A stretch of 64,000 nt of DNA from Candidatus Rokuibacteriota bacterium (GCA_003220475.1 QHSO01000027.1:530-64529); one strand, 5' to 3'. Counted from the stretch's first letter, positions 28,833 through 40,095 are shown. Notes: a model not told the origin generated them from the sequence alone. Program-made: numbers and translations.

Positions 28833-28873
28833 GGTCCGGCCCCTCCTGTGCCACAATCTACGCGACCCGCGAC

Positions 28874-29575
28874 ATGACGGCCATCGCGATTCTCGGCGAA
28901 TACAGCGCGACGTTCGCCCCCCATCGGGCGACGACGGCAGCCATCGCGCACGCGCGCGCGCGACTGGGCATCGCCGTCGAGGCAACGTGGGTCTCCACGG
29001 CCGCCGTCGACGAGCGCCTCTTCGAGCGCTTCGACGCCGTGTGGGTCGCCCCCGGCAGCCCCTACAAGGACCTCGAGCTCACACTCTGGGCGATCCGCGC
29101 GGCGCGCGAGCGCGGTGTGCCGTGCTTGGGCACATGCGGCGGATTCCAGCACATGGTGCTCGAGTACGCACGCAACGTGCTCGGCTTCCGCGACGCGCAG
29201 CACGCCGAGTACGATCCGTATGCCTCGCGCCTCTTCGTCACGCCGCTCGCCTGCTCGCTGGCCGGCCGGGAGATGCGGCTGACGTTCACGCCCGGCTCCC
29301 GCGTGGCGAGCATCTACGGAGCGACGGCAGCGATCGAGCAGTACTACTGCGACTTCGGGGTGAATCCGGAGTGTGTGCCGCTGCTCGCGGGCGGCCCGCT
29401 GCGCATCACGGGATCCGACGCCGAGGGCGAGGTGCGGGTGCTCGAGCTGCCGAGCCATCCGTTCTTTCTCGGCACGTTGTTCGTGCCGCAGACGCGCTCG
29501 ACGCCCGAGCGGCCACATCCGCTGGTGATAGCGTTCGTGCGCGCCGGGGCGGACTCGAAAACGACGACGGCATGA
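28874..29575 (+). CDS. stand-alone CTP-synthase-type class I glutamine amidotransferase domain, degenerate triad
   Basis: GTCGGFQ nucleophile elbow. The C-terminus LELPSHPFFLGTLFVPQTRSTPERPHPLVIAFV parallels PyrG ...[13 protein letters not shown]..., but His and Glu are replaced (VPQ). Confidence 0.75.
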   Translation: MTAIAILGEYSATFAPHRATTAAIAHARARLGIAVEATWVSTAAVDERLFERFDAVWVAPGSPYKDLELTLWAIRAARERGVPCLGTCGGFQHMVLEYARNVLGFRDAQHAEYDPYASRLFVTPLACSLAGREMRLTFTPGSRVASIYGATAAIEQYYCDFGVNPECVPLLAGGPLRITGSDAEGEVRVLELPSHPFFLGTLFVPQTRSTPERPHPLVIAFVRAGADSKTTTA

Positions 29576-29934
29576 AGCTCGACGTCACCACGCTGACAAA
29601 GGGCCTGCAGTTCCACGGCGAGGTTCAGGGCAAGCGGCAGCGGTATTTCGTGCTGTCCAGCCCGCGCCAGTACTTCGTCATGTCGCTATCGCGCAGCAAG
29701 CGGGGCGCCGGCAACTTCAATCTCGTGGGCAAGACGGCGGTGGAGCGGCTGCACCGGCGGCTGCGCGGGCGTCGCAATCTCACCGCGCGCATCGTCTACG
29801 AGCGGTCCCGGCGCGGCGTGCCCTCTGCGCTCGTGGCGCTCAACATGCTCTACGTGCTCGTCGCCACGGGCCGGGCGAGCATCGACTCGCGACGAGCGGC
29901 CGCGCGCGAAATCTTCTTCAACGTCAGGGGCTGA
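29572..29934 (+). CDS. hypothetical basic protein (120 aa)
   Basis: The ATG overlaps the GATase stop (ATGA). GC3-rich codon usage. No family recognised. Confidence 0.55.
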   Translation: MKLDVTTLTKGLQFHGEVQGKRQRYFVLSSPRQYFVMSLSRSKRGAGNFNLVGKTAVERLHRRLRGRRNLTARIVYERSRRGVPSALVALNMLYVLVATGRASIDSRRAAAREIFFNVRG

Positions 29935-29938
29935 AACC

Positions 29939-30785
29939 ATGAAGATCCTCTACACGCCGATCTCGACGCTCGTCGCCTCCCTCACGCCCGAGCAGAGCGC
30001 GGAGATTCTCGCGGCGGCCGGCAAGGAGTCGGTGCTGGTCGTGGCGAAGACGCCGGAGCGCCAGCGCGAGGAGATCGTCGACGCCGACGTGCTGTTCGGG
30101 CGCGTGAGCCCCGAGACCTTCACCCAGGCGCACCGGCTCCGCTATTACCACTGTCTCGGCGCTGGCGTGGACTCCATCCTCACGCCCGAGCTGATCGAGA
30201 GCGACGTGATCCTGGCCTCCGAGAAGGGCGAGGTCGGCATCCATCTGGCCGAGCACGCGTTCGCGCTGCTGCTGGCCCTCACCCGCGGCGTGCACACGGC
30301 GCTGCGCGAGCCCGACTTCCGACTGCGCGAGCCGATCCGCCGCGAGCAGCGCGAGCTGTGGGAGCAGACGATGGGGATCGTCGGCTTCGGCGGCACCGGG
30401 CGCGCCGTCGCCCGGCGCGCGCTCGGCTTCGGGATGAAGGTGCTCGCGGTGGACATCGAGAACGTCCCCCCCGAGCCCGAGGTCACGCTGTGGAAGGCAG
30501 ACCGACTCCACGACCTGCTCGCCGCCTCCGACGTCGTGGTCATCGCGCTGCCGCTCACCAAGGCCACGCACCACCTCTTCACGCGCGACCTCTTCCGCCG
30601 CATGCAGCGCCACGCGAGCCGGGCATCCACTCTGGCGTCATCCGCGGGTGGTGGTCACACCGCACACCGCCGGCGGCTCCCCGCGGCGGGCCGGCCGTGC
30701 GATCGCCACATTGTGTGAGAACTTGCGACGTCTCGCCGACGGCCGGCCTCTCTTGGCGCTGATCGACAAGCGCAAGGGGTACTAG
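29939..30785 (+). pseudogene. D-isomer-specific 2-hydroxyacid dehydrogenase, internally deleted and frameshifted
   Basis: Frame 1 is normal through the NAD motif GIVGFGGTGRAVA to ...FRRMQRHA. The conserved C-terminus HPLWRHPRVVVTPHTAGGSPRR...LIDKRKGY continues in another frame. The segment that normally carries the catalytic Arg/Glu is missing. Confidence 0.7.
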
Positions 30786-30788
30786 CCG

Positions 30789-32381
30789 CTACTCCACCGC
30801 GGAGGGCAGACCTTCCACGCGCTCGCCGCCGGCGGGGCCCGGCTCCGAGCGCACGCGCCGCATGAGCGGCAGCACGACCAGCACCACGAAGAAGAACGTC
30901 GAGAGAATCCAGAACTCGTCGGCGTAGGCGAGAACCTGCGCCTGCGTGACCGTGTCGTGATAGAGCATGGCGGTCGCGCGGCGGCTCGCGGTGTACGTAT
31001 CGGCGCCGTGCTCCGTGAAGTGACGCGCCCAGTCCGAGAGCCGCTGCGTCGTCTCCGGGCTCCAGACGTCCACGTGGCCGACGAGCGTGGCCTGGTGATG
31101 CTGACTGCGACGCACCAGGTACGTCGTCGCCAGCGCGATGCCGATCGAGCCGCCGATGTTGCGCACCACGTTGAAGGCGGCGGTGGCGTTGCCGAGGCGG
31201 TCCTTCGCCACCGTGGCGAGCGCCAGCGTGGTGAGCGGCACGAACGTGAAGCCCAGGCCGAGGCCCTGCACGAACCGCGGCCAGACGAGCGACCAGTAAT
31301 CGACCGACAGCGTGAGCGACGACATCATGAAGAGCCCGACGCCGTTGAGCACGAGCCCGATCGCCAGCAGCCAGCGCTGGTCGACGTGGGCGATGAGCCG
31401 GCCGGCGATGACGAGTGAGATCATGTTCCCCACACCGCCCGGCGCGAGCACGAGGCCGGCGTTCCAGGCGTCGTAGCCGAGGACCTGCTGCGTGTAGAGC
31501 GCCACCAGCAGCATGCTCGCGTAGAGACCGAAGGCGCTCAGCGAGACCAGCGCGGCGCCCAGCGTGAAGTTGCGGTCGCCGAACACCGAGAAGTCGAGGA
31601 TCGGATGGTCGGTGGTCACCTCACGCGCGACGAAACCGGCCAGCGCGCACACCGCGATCACCGCGAGGGTCACCATCCAGCCGGACTCGAACCAGTCTTC
31701 TCGCTCGCCGCGGTCGAGCACGTACTGCATGGCGCTGAAGCCCACCACCATCAGAGCGAGCCCCAGCCCGTCGATGCGCGCGGGGCGGCGGATGTGCGCG
31801 GGGTCGAACAGGAACGCGCTGGCGGCGAGGAACCCGAGCACGCCGATCGGCAGGTTGATATAGAAGATCCAGCGCCACGACCAGTTGTCGGCGATCCAGC
31901 CGCCGAGCGTGGGCCCGAAGATCGGCCCCATCATGATGCCGATGCCCCACACCGCCATCGCCATCCCGCGCTGCCGCAGCGGAAAGATCTCCCACATGAT
32001 CGCCTGCGAGATCGGAATCATCGGCCCGCCGCCGATGCCCTGAAAGATCCGCATGGCCACCAGGAACTCGAGGCTCGGCGCGATCCCGGAGAGAAACGAC
32101 GACAGCGTGAAGAGCAGCGTGCAGATCAGAAAGAAACGCTTGCGGCCGAGCAGACCCGAGAGCCATCCGGTGGCCGGGATGATCACGGCGTTCGCGGCGA
32201 GGTACGAGGTCAGCACCCACGCGATCTCGTCCACGCTGGCCGAGAGCGAACCCTGCATGTGCGGCAGGGCGACGTTGGTGACGCTCGTGTCGACGACCTG
32301 CATCACCGTCACGAGCATGACCGAGACCGTAATGGCCCATTTGCGGGCGCTGGACAGCTCCGCCGTCGGCGGCGGGGACAT
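30789..32381 (-). CDS. MFS drug-efflux transporter, DHA2 (EmrB/QacA) family
   Basis: Starts MSPPPTAELSSARKW (ATG 32381). About 14 TM segments. 530 aa. Overlaps the HlyD-family gene stop by 1 nt. Confidence 0.9.
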   Translation of the reverse strand: MSPPPTAELSSARKWAITVSVMLVTVMQVVDTSVTNVALPHMQGSLSASVDEIAWVLTSYLAANAVIIPATGWLSGLLGRKRFFLICTLLFTLSSFLSGIAPSLEFLVAMRIFQGIGGGPMIPISQAIMWEIFPLRQRGMAMAVWGIGIMMGPIFGPTLGGWIADNWSWRWIFYINLPIGVLGFLAASAFLFDPAHIRRPARIDGLGLALMVVGFSAMQYVLDRGEREDWFESGWMVTLAVIAVCALAGFVAREVTTDHPILDFSVFGDRNFTLGAALVSLSAFGLYASMLLVALYTQQVLGYDAWNAGLVLAPGGVGNMISLVIAGRLIAHVDQRWLLAIGLVLNGVGLFMMSSLTLSVDYWSLVWPRFVQGLGLGFTFVPLTTLALATVAKDRLGNATAAFNVVRNIGGSIGIALATTYLVRRSQHHQATLVGHVDVWSPETTQRLSDWARHFTEHGADTYTASRRATAMLYHDTVTQAQVLAYADEFWILSTFFFVVLVVLPLMRRVRSEPGPAGGERVEGLPSAVE

Positions 32382-33643
32382 CAGCGCAGGCGGATGGTGA
32401 CGACCGCCGACATGCCCGCGCGCAGCGGCTGCGGGTTGCCGACCTCCTTCTGCTCGAGAAGGATCTTGACGGGCACGCGCTGCACGACCTTCACCCAGTT
32501 GCCCGTCGCGTTCTCGGGCGGCAGCAGCGAGAAGCGGGCGCCGGTGCCGGCGCTGAGCGAGTCCACGGTTCCGTGGAAGATCTTGCCCGGAAAGCCGTCG
32601 ATCTCGACGTCGGCGCGCATGCCGGGATGCACACGCGCCAGCTGCGTCTCTTTGAAGTTCGCGAGCACCCACACCTCGTGCAGCGGCACGATCGCGAGCA
32701 GCGGCTGGCCGGGCTGCACGACCTGTCCGATCTCGACGGTGCGCTTGGAGACCACGCCGTCGGCGGGCGCTCGCACTTCCGTGTAGGCGAGCTGCAGCTC
32801 GGCCACCGCGAGCTCGGCCTGCGCCTGCTTGAGCGTCGCCTCGGCCCGCGCAACCTCCGCCTGCTTCACCGTCACCTGCCCCTGCTGGCCCTCGGCGCGC
32901 GCGACGGTCCCGCGCGCTTCGACCACCTTCTGCTTGGCGACGTCCACCGCGTGCAGGCGCGCCGCGAGCTCCGCGTCCGCCTGCTGGACTTCCTGCTCGG
33001 TTTGGGCGAGCCGCCGCCGGGTCGCCTCGTGCATGGCCACCGCGTTCTCGTAGGCCGCCTGCGCATCGTCGTGCTCGCGGCGCGACACGTAGTCGTTCTT
33101 CATGAGCTGGCGCATGCGCTCGATCTCGAGGCGCGTCTTGCGCACGGTGGACTCGGCGGCCGCCACCTCCGCGGTGACGGCGCCCACCGCAGCGCGTCGC
33201 GCCTCGAGACGCGCGCGCGACTCGGCCACATTGGCCTCGCCGGATTTCACGGACACGACGGAGCCCTCGAAGTTGGCGCGCGCCTCGTCCGTTTGCGCCC
33301 GCGTGACGTCGCGAGCCAGCGGCACCTCGGACCGCGCGGCCCTCAGATTGGCCTCGGCCACCGCCACCGCCGCCCGCGCCTGCGCCCCGCGCGCCTCGAA
33401 GTCGCGCGGGTCCACGCGCAACAGCAGGTCGCCGCGCTTGACGGCCTGGTTGTCGCGCACGTTCATCTCGACGATGTGACCGCTCACCTTGGCGCTGACC
33501 GGCGCGATCACGCCCTCGACATAGGCGTCGTCGGTGCTGATGCGCGTGGAGCTGCGGTACCAGACGGCCGCCCCCCAGACGATGGCGGCGAGGGCGGCCA
33601 CGCCCGCGAGAACGAGAACGAGGCGCCGGCCTCCGAGGTTCAC
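32381..33643 (-). CDS. HlyD-family membrane fusion protein (EmrA-like)
   Basis: N-terminal TM helix, long coiled-coil hairpin, barrel-sandwich segments. 420 aa. Upstream of the EmrB-like gene. Confidence 0.9.
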   Translation of the reverse strand: MNLGGRRLVLVLAGVAALAAIVWGAAVWYRSSTRISTDDAYVEGVIAPVSAKVSGHIVEMNVRDNQAVKRGDLLLRVDPRDFEARGAQARAAVAVAEANLRAARSEVPLARDVTRAQTDEARANFEGSVVSVKSGEANVAESRARLEARRAAVGAVTAEVAAAESTVRKTRLEIERMRQLMKNDYVSRREHDDAQAAYENAVAMHEATRRRLAQTEQEVQQADAELAARLHAVDVAKQKVVEARGTVARAEGQQGQVTVKQAEVARAEATLKQAQAELAVAELQLAYTEVRAPADGVVSKRTVEIGQVVQPGQPLLAIVPLHEVWVLANFKETQLARVHPGMRADVEIDGFPGKIFHGTVDSLSAGTGARFSLLPPENATGNWVKVVQRVPVKILLEQKEVGNPQPLRAGMSAVVTIRLR

Positions 33644-33685
33644 GGGACGACCGCCGCTACGCGCGGCACGGCCGGACGCCGCGCC

Positions 33686-34927
33686 TCAGCGCGACGCCAG
33701 TCGACCCGCGGCGTCGAACGTCAGCGGGACCGGCTCGCCGAGCGGCGTCAGATCGGGGCGCTTGGCCAGGTCCGGCGAAAACGCCTCGGACACCTCGATC
33801 TCACCGAGCATGAGCGTGTTCTTGATGCGGATCACCCGCGCGCGCTCGGGCGGCGTGAGGCCGATGCACGACAGCGCCGTCTCGATCGCCTCGCGCTCGG
33901 TATCGTAGGTCGGCGGGATCTTGGCGCCGTTGGGCGCGCAGGCGGTGATCGCGTTGATCAGGGTGGGCTTCATGTCGATCTTCTCGACCAGGCGTCGCGT
34001 GGTGAAATCCGCGTTGCCGATGCCGACGGCGTTGCCGTAGCTGTCCTCGGTGAGATCGAGCGCGACGATCCAGAGGATCTTCGGATCCGCCGGGAACGGC
34101 TCGTGCGGATTCGACGGTCGGCCGATGACGTTGGTGTCCATCCCGGCGCCTGAGATGTTCTTGCCCATCTCCTCGACGATCAGCACGTCGATCGGCGAGA
34201 AGGGCAGGCGCGCCATCCACTCGCGCGCGTTCTTGAGAAGCCGACGCTCTCCGGACTCGAGGGCCTCTGGCGAGAACGCCTCGACGTGCGCCGTCTCGTC
34301 GTGGCCGTTCTCGACGATGCCGAGACCGAAGCCGATGCGCGCTTTTGACAACATCTCGCGTCCGACGGCGGTGATGACCGTCTCGTAGCCGTGGTTGACG
34401 TTGGCGCGGTGGTACTGCACCGCGCCCTTCCACTTGCCGAGCCCGATCGTCATCATCTTGAAGAGTCCCGACTCGATCGAGCCCTTGAAGTCGGTGTGCA
34501 GCTTCACGCGGTTGACGACTCCGATCCAGGTCGCCTCCGCGGCATAGGCGTCGAGCCACACCGGCAGCCCGAGCGCCTCGCCGACCTGCACGACCTCCAT
34601 CGTGGCGCGGATCGGGCACCCCATGGTGGCCTCGGTGATGCCGTAGTGCTCGAGCACCGACAGCTGCCCGTCCGCGGTTCCGCCGCCGTGGCTGCCCATC
34701 GCGGGAAAGACGAACGGCCGAGCGCCGAGATCCTTGAGCCAGCGCACGGTAGCGCCGACGATCGTGTCGATGTTCGCGATGCCGCGGCTGCCAGCGCCGA
34801 CGGCGACCGTGTCGCCGGGCTTGATCTGCAGCGCGGCCTCGCCCAGGGTGGCGGCGACGGCGCGGGGAATGTCCGCGACGCGGGGCCGGGGGAACGTCTG
34901 ACGAACGCGGATCATCCGGGGCAGCAT
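33686..34927 (-). CDS. lactate racemase (LarA) N-terminal-domain family protein (DUF2088-like)
   Basis: 413 aa. Contains GSRGIANI...FPAMGSHGGGT and NISGAGMD patterns seen in the DUF2088/LarA-like family. Function unknown. Confidence 0.6.
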   Translation of the reverse strand: MLPRMIRVRQTFPRPRVADIPRAVAATLGEAALQIKPGDTVAVGAGSRGIANIDTIVGATVRWLKDLGARPFVFPAMGSHGGGTADGQLSVLEHYGITEATMGCPIRATMEVVQVGEALGLPVWLDAYAAEATWIGVVNRVKLHTDFKGSIESGLFKMMTIGLGKWKGAVQYHRANVNHGYETVITAVGREMLSKARIGFGLGIVENGHDETAHVEAFSPEALESGERRLLKNAREWMARLPFSPIDVLIVEEMGKNISGAGMDTNVIGRPSNPHEPFPADPKILWIVALDLTEDSYGNAVGIGNADFTTRRLVEKIDMKPTLINAITACAPNGAKIPPTYDTEREAIETALSCIGLTPPERARVIRIKNTLMLGEIEVSEAFSPDLAKRPDLTPLGEPVPLTFDAAGRLASR

Positions 34928-35060
34928 CTTCAGGCCTCCAGCGGTTGTTACCCGACCGCCGGGCGCACGGGTCCGGCGGAGCCACCATGGTCATACCGGC
35001 CCAGGCCTCCGAAGTCAAAGGATTTTTCCGCTGGAAAATGTGCTATATCCTTTGCCCACG

Positions 35061-35801
35061 ATGTTCCGGGCGCTCCTCATCGTGCTCCTCCTGATCGCAA
35101 CCGGCTGCTCGTGGCTCAAGCCGCAGCCAACCCCGATTCTTCCCGCCGAAGAGCTCTATCAGCTCGGCGAGTCCGAGCTCGACAAGAAACGCTACGCGGA
35201 GGCGCGGGAGCAGTTCCGCAAGGTCGTCGAGCGGCATCCCAACTCGTCCTACGCGCCGCGCGCGCGCTTCCTGATCGGCGAGTCGTACTATCGCGAGCCC
35301 GACTTCGACAAGGCCGCGAAGGAGTTCGAGGCGTTCCTCGCCTTCTATCCGCGGCACCAGATCGCGGACCTCGTGCAATTCCGCCTCGCGATGTCTTACT
35401 ACGATCAGATCAAACCCATCGAGCAGGAGCAGGCGTTCGCGCAGAAGGCGATGGAGCAGTTCAAGAAGCTCGTGAAGGAGTATCCGGAGTCGCGCTACGC
35501 CACCGACGCGCTCGCGAAGCTCGAGGTGTGCCGCGGACGCCTCGCGCAAAAAGAGGTGTGGGTCGCCGCGTATTACATGAACCAGGGCAACCGGAGTGGA
35601 GCGCGGCAACGGCTGGAGAAGGTCATCAAGGATTATCCGCGCGCGCCGGTCATGCCGGAGGCGCTCTCGCTGCTCGCCGACGTGAACTTCAGCGAGGGAC
35701 GCGACAAGGAAGCCGTCGAGCTGCTGCGCCAGGTCGCCACCGACTACTCGTACACCGAGTGGGGCAAGCGCGCCGCGCAGCGGCTGCGCGCGCAACGCTG
35801 A
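35061..35801 (+). CDS. bamD: outer membrane protein assembly factor BamD
   Basis: Lipoprotein signal [19 protein letters not shown]-like repeats ([24 protein letters not shown]). The track ORF starts 7 codons earlier at GTG 35040. Confidence 0.85.
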   Translation: MFRALLIVLLLIATGCSWLKPQPTPILPAEELYQLGESELDKKRYAEAREQFRKVVERHPNSSYAPRARFLIGESYYREPDFDKAAKEFEAFLAFYPRHQIADLVQFRLAMSYYDQIKPIEQEQAFAQKAMEQFKKLVKEYPESRYATDALAKLEVCRGRLAQKEVWVAAYYMNQGNRSGARQRLEKVIKDYPRAPVMPEALSLLADVNFSEGRDKEAVELLRQVATDYSYTEWGKRAAQRLRAQR

Positions 35802-36841
35802 TGCACGACTTCGTCGATCTGCGCTCCGACACCCTCACGCAGCCCACGCCCGAGATGCGCGAGGCGATGGCGCGCGCCGAGGTCGGCGACGACGTCTGGG
35901 GCGAGGACCCCACCGTCCAGCGGCTCGAAGCGCTGTCCGCCGAGCGCCTGGGCAAGGCCGCGGGCCTGTTCGTGACCTCGGGCACGCAGGGCAACCTGAT
36001 TTCGGTGCTGACGCACACGCGGCCCGGCCAGGAAGTCGTGGTCGACTACGACTCGCACGTCTTCAACAACGAGGTCGCGGGCGCGCCCATCATCGGCCAG
36101 GTGCAGATGCGGCCGACGAAAACCGAGCGCGGGTTCCTCACGCCCGAGCAGGTGCGCGACGCGATCCGCCCGGCGAACATCCACGTGCCGCCCACGGGGC
36201 TCGTCTGCATCGAGAACACACACAATCGTCACGGCGGCACGTGCTGCACGCCCGAGGAGACGGCCGCGGTGGCCGCCGTCGCCCACGAGGCCGGTGTGCC
36301 CGTGCATCTCGACGGCGCGCGGCTCTTCAACGCGGCCGTCGCGCTGGGACGTCCCGCGGCGGATTTCGCGCGTCCGGTCGATTCGGTCACCTTCTGCGTC
36401 TCGAAGGGCCTGTCCGCACCCGTCGGCTCCGTAATCTGTGGCTCGGCGGAATTCATCGAGCGCGCGCGCCGCTGGCGCAAGCTGCTCGGCGGCGGCATGC
36501 GGCAGGTCGGCGTGCTGGCGGCGGCGGGCATCGTCGCGCTGGAGCGCATGGTCGAGCGACTGGCCGAGGATCACGCGAACGCGCGGCGTCTCGGTGAGGG
36601 CCTGGCGAAGCTGCCGGGACTGCGCGTCGATCTCGCGAGCGTGCAGACCAACATCGTGATCCTGCGTGTCGAGCGGGGCGCGGCCGCCACCGCCGAGCTG
36701 GTCGCGGGATGCGCGGCCCGCAAGGTCAAGGTGCACGCGATGGGCCCCGCCGCCATGCGCTGCGTCACCCACAAGGACGTGGACGCCGAAGATATCTCGC
36801 GGGCGCTGCAAGCGTTCCGCGAGCTGACGAGTCGCTGGTAG
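35801..36841 (+). CDS. ltaE: low-specificity L-threonine aldolase
   Basis: Starts [26 protein letters not shown]-lysine context [12 protein letters not shown]. 346 aa. The ATG overlaps the bamD stop. Confidence 0.85.
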   Translation: MHDFVDLRSDTLTQPTPEMREAMARAEVGDDVWGEDPTVQRLEALSAERLGKAAGLFVTSGTQGNLISVLTHTRPGQEVVVDYDSHVFNNEVAGAPIIGQVQMRPTKTERGFLTPEQVRDAIRPANIHVPPTGLVCIENTHNRHGGTCCTPEETAAVAAVAHEAGVPVHLDGARLFNAAVALGRPAADFARPVDSVTFCVSKGLSAPVGSVICGSAEFIERARRWRKLLGGGMRQVGVLAAAGIVALERMVERLAEDHANARRLGEGLAKLPGLRVDLASVQTNIVILRVERGAAATAELVAGCAARKVKVHAMGPAAMRCVTHKDVDAEDISRALQAFRELTSRW

Positions 36842-36858
36842 GTCGGACGGGAGGCTCA

Positions 36859-37836
36859 ATGGCCGAACGGCTCCTCGAGGTCAAAGGACTCAAGACGCAC
36901 TTCTTCACCGACGAGGGCGTCGTGCGCGCCGTCGACGGGATCAGTCTCTATATCAACAAGGGCGAGACGCTCGGCATCGTGGGCGAGTCGGGCTCCGGCA
37001 AGTCGGTCACCGCGCTCAGCGTCATGCGGCTCATTCCGCAGCCGCCCGGGCGCATCGTGCAGGGCGAGATCATCTACAACGGCAAGAACCTCCTCAGCCT
37101 GTCGCCCTCGCAGATGCGGAAGATCCGCGGCAAAGAGATCGCGATGATCTTCCAGGAGCCCATGACCTCGCTGAATCCGGTCTTCACCGTCGGCGAGCAG
37201 ATCGCGGAGGCCATCCGGCTGCACGAGGGCCTCGGCCGCCGCGACGCCATGGACAAGACCGTCGAGATGCTGAAGATCGTGCACATCCCGAACGCCGAGC
37301 GCCGCGTGAAGGAGTATCCGCATCAGCTCTCGGGTGGCATGCGGCAGCGCGTGATGATCGCGATGGCGCTGTCGTGCAATCCGAACCTTCTCATCGCCGA
37401 CGAGCCCACCACCGCCCTCGACGTCACCATCCAGGCGCAGATCCTCGAGCTGCTGAACGAGCTGAAGGCCAAGCTCGGCATGGCGATCATGCTGATCACC
37501 CACGACATGGGCGTCATTGCCGAGACCGCGCAGCGCGTGGTCGTCATGTACGGCGCGCAGGTGGTCGAGGAAGCGCCCGTCGGCGAGCTGTTCAAGGAGC
37601 CGCTGCATCCCTACACGCAGGGCCTGCTGCGCTCGATTCCGAGAATCGACGTGGCCGCGACGAGCAAGAAGAAGCTCGAGCCGATTCCGGGGACGGTCCC
37701 GACCCTGCGTGGTCCCGAGAAGCCGGGCTGCCGCTTCGCGCCGCGCTGCGCGCTGGCCAAACCCATGCACTTCGAGAACACGCCGCCGCTCAAGGAAGTG
37801 CGGCCGGGCCACAAGGTGGCCTGCTTCCTGTACTGA
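36859..37836 (+). CDS. peptide/nickel ABC transporter ATP-binding protein (DppD/OppD-like)
   Basis: Walker A GESGSGKS, signature LSGGMRQR, Walker [13 protein letters not shown]-terminal oligopeptide-type extension. 325 aa. Confidence 0.9.
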   Translation: MAERLLEVKGLKTHFFTDEGVVRAVDGISLYINKGETLGIVGESGSGKSVTALSVMRLIPQPPGRIVQGEIIYNGKNLLSLSPSQMRKIRGKEIAMIFQEPMTSLNPVFTVGEQIAEAIRLHEGLGRRDAMDKTVEMLKIVHIPNAERRVKEYPHQLSGGMRQRVMIAMALSCNPNLLIADEPTTALDVTIQAQILELLNELKAKLGMAIMLITHDMGVIAETAQRVVVMYGAQVVEEAPVGELFKEPLHPYTQGLLRSIPRIDVAATSKKKLEPIPGTVPTLRGPEKPGCRFAPRCALAKPMHFENTPPLKEVRPGHKVACFLY

Positions 37837-37846
37837 GAGGCCACCC

Positions 37847-38681
<835 letters not shown>

Positions 38682-38685
<4 letters not shown>

Positions 38686-39494
38686 GGCCACCGCTGCCCA
38701 CGCTGCCCGTCCGCGACATCGAGATGTTCTATCTCGAGGCGGGCGCCGGCGACCCGCTGGTGCTCGTCATGGGCTTCGGCGGCGACCATCTCGCGTGGGG
38801 GCTGCAGATTCCGGCGCTCGCCGCGAAGTATCGCGTCATAGCCTTCGACAATCGCGGCGTCGGGCAGAGCGACGCGCCGGACGTGCCGTACAGCACGGCC
38901 ATGATGGCCGACGACACGGTGGGCCTCATGGACGCCCTCGGCATCGACCGCGCGCACGTCTGCGGCGTGTCGATGGGCGGCATGATCGCGCAGGAGATCG
39001 CGCTCCGGCATCCCGCGCACGTGCGCACGCTGCAGCTGCACGCGACGCTCGCGCGCCCCGACGCGTACATGCGCGCGCTCGTCGAAGGTTGGCGCAAGAC
39101 GCGCATCGCGCTCGGCCGCGAGGACGCGCTGCGCGTGATCGCGCTCTGGCTCTTTGCGCCGTGCACGTACGAGGAGCGCGCGGAGTTCGTCGAGCTCGTG
39201 CTGCAAAACGCCATCGCCAACCCGTATCCGCAGTCGCTGACGGGTTTCTTGCGCCAGGGCGACGCCGTGCTGGGCCATGACACGCTCGAGCGGCTCGAGC
39301 GGCTGCGTTGCCCGACGCTCGTGAGCGTGGCCGATCAGGACATCCTCGTGCCGCCGCGCTTCTCGCACGCGATCGCGCAGCGCGTGGCGGGCGCCGAGTT
39401 CAAGACGATCGCCAATGCCGGCCACGCCTACCTGTGGGAGGAACCGGAGGCATTCAACGCGATGTGTCTCGAGTTCCTCGCGCGCCGCGGCTGA
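38682..39494 (+). CDS. alpha/beta hydrolase
   Basis: Contains LVLVMGFGG and the nucleophile elbow GVSMGG. No ATG/GTG/TTG lies upstream of the conserved N-terminal strand except GTG 38598 (88-nt overlap). An in-frame CTG at 38682 overlaps the upstream TGA. The first ATG is at 38724. Confidence 0.75.
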
Positions 39495-39691
39495 CGGGCG
39501 CGCGTTTTCCAAATCGCAACGACGTCGTGCAACTTCTTCCGCGCCCAACATCACTGACAGCATCGGTCCGACCGAGCACGGACCGTGCGACGCGCGCTTG
39601 GGCGACACCACTGCGCGTGCCGGTACTGGCGCCCCGCTTGCACACCTCCGCGCGGTTCGCGCCGGCGAGGCGCGGATGCAGGAGGGGGCAC

Positions 39692-39982
39692 ATGCAGGGA
39701 CCGGATCGTCTGCTCGAGCTCTGTCGCGGCGGCCGCATGAGATGGAGTGGCGAAGGCTGGCTTGCCGAACCCGACGAAGTCGTCGACGCGCTCGCGAGCG
39801 AGGGATTTCAGGAGTGCAAGCGCGAGGTCGCGCGTCATCCTGCGAGCCACGCGCAGTCGGGCGGTGTGTGGCAGGGACTCAACACGCAGACGGGCGCGGT
39901 GGCTTCAGCCGTCTGGGTTCGTGGCGGCGACCGCTCACTCGTCTTCATCGAGATCGACGGCCGCCGCGTCGACGAGAGCTAG
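39692..39982 (+). CDS. hypothetical protein (96 aa)
   Basis: GGAGG lies 6 nt upstream of the ATG. Third-position GC is lower than in neighbouring genes. No family recognised. Confidence 0.4.
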   Translation: MQGPDRLLELCRGGRMRWSGEGWLAEPDEVVDALASEGFQECKREVARHPASHAQSGGVWQGLNTQTGAVASAVWVRGGDRSLVFIEIDGRRVDES

Positions 39983-40067
39983 GAGAGTAACGATCGAGCG
40001 AAACGAGCGGTCTGTTACGGTTGTAGGTTCGAAACGGTGCCGTTACGCGACGTGAATCGGGGAGTTA

Positions 40068-40095
40068 TTAGAGGGGGCCGTCCAGCCCCCTCTAA
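40068..40095. terminator. perfect 11-bp stem hairpin between convergent genes
   Basis: TTAGAGGGGGC-CGTCCA-GCCCCCTCTAA. Overlaps the stop codon of the M23 peptidase gene. No clear U-tract. Confidence 0.45.

Noticed and set aside
35021-35060. A sigma70 promoter call upstream of bamD (TATATC with the palindrome TTCCGCTGGAA).
   Set aside because: The -10-like hexamer lies only about 15 nt from the ATG, and no acceptable -35 hexamer sits at 16-18 nt spacing. The support is too weak to report as a feature.
39454-39850. Minus-strand ORFs (94 and 99 aa) in the lower-GC island.
   Set aside because: They are antisense to the RBS-preceded plus-strand ORF, lack RBS motifs and have poorer third-position GC bias.
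40020-40060. tRNA-like GGTTCGAAA sequence suggesting a tRNA gene or fragment.
   Set aside because: The flanks cannot form a T-arm stem, an acceptor stem or an anticodon arm. It is only a chance resemblance to the T-loop.
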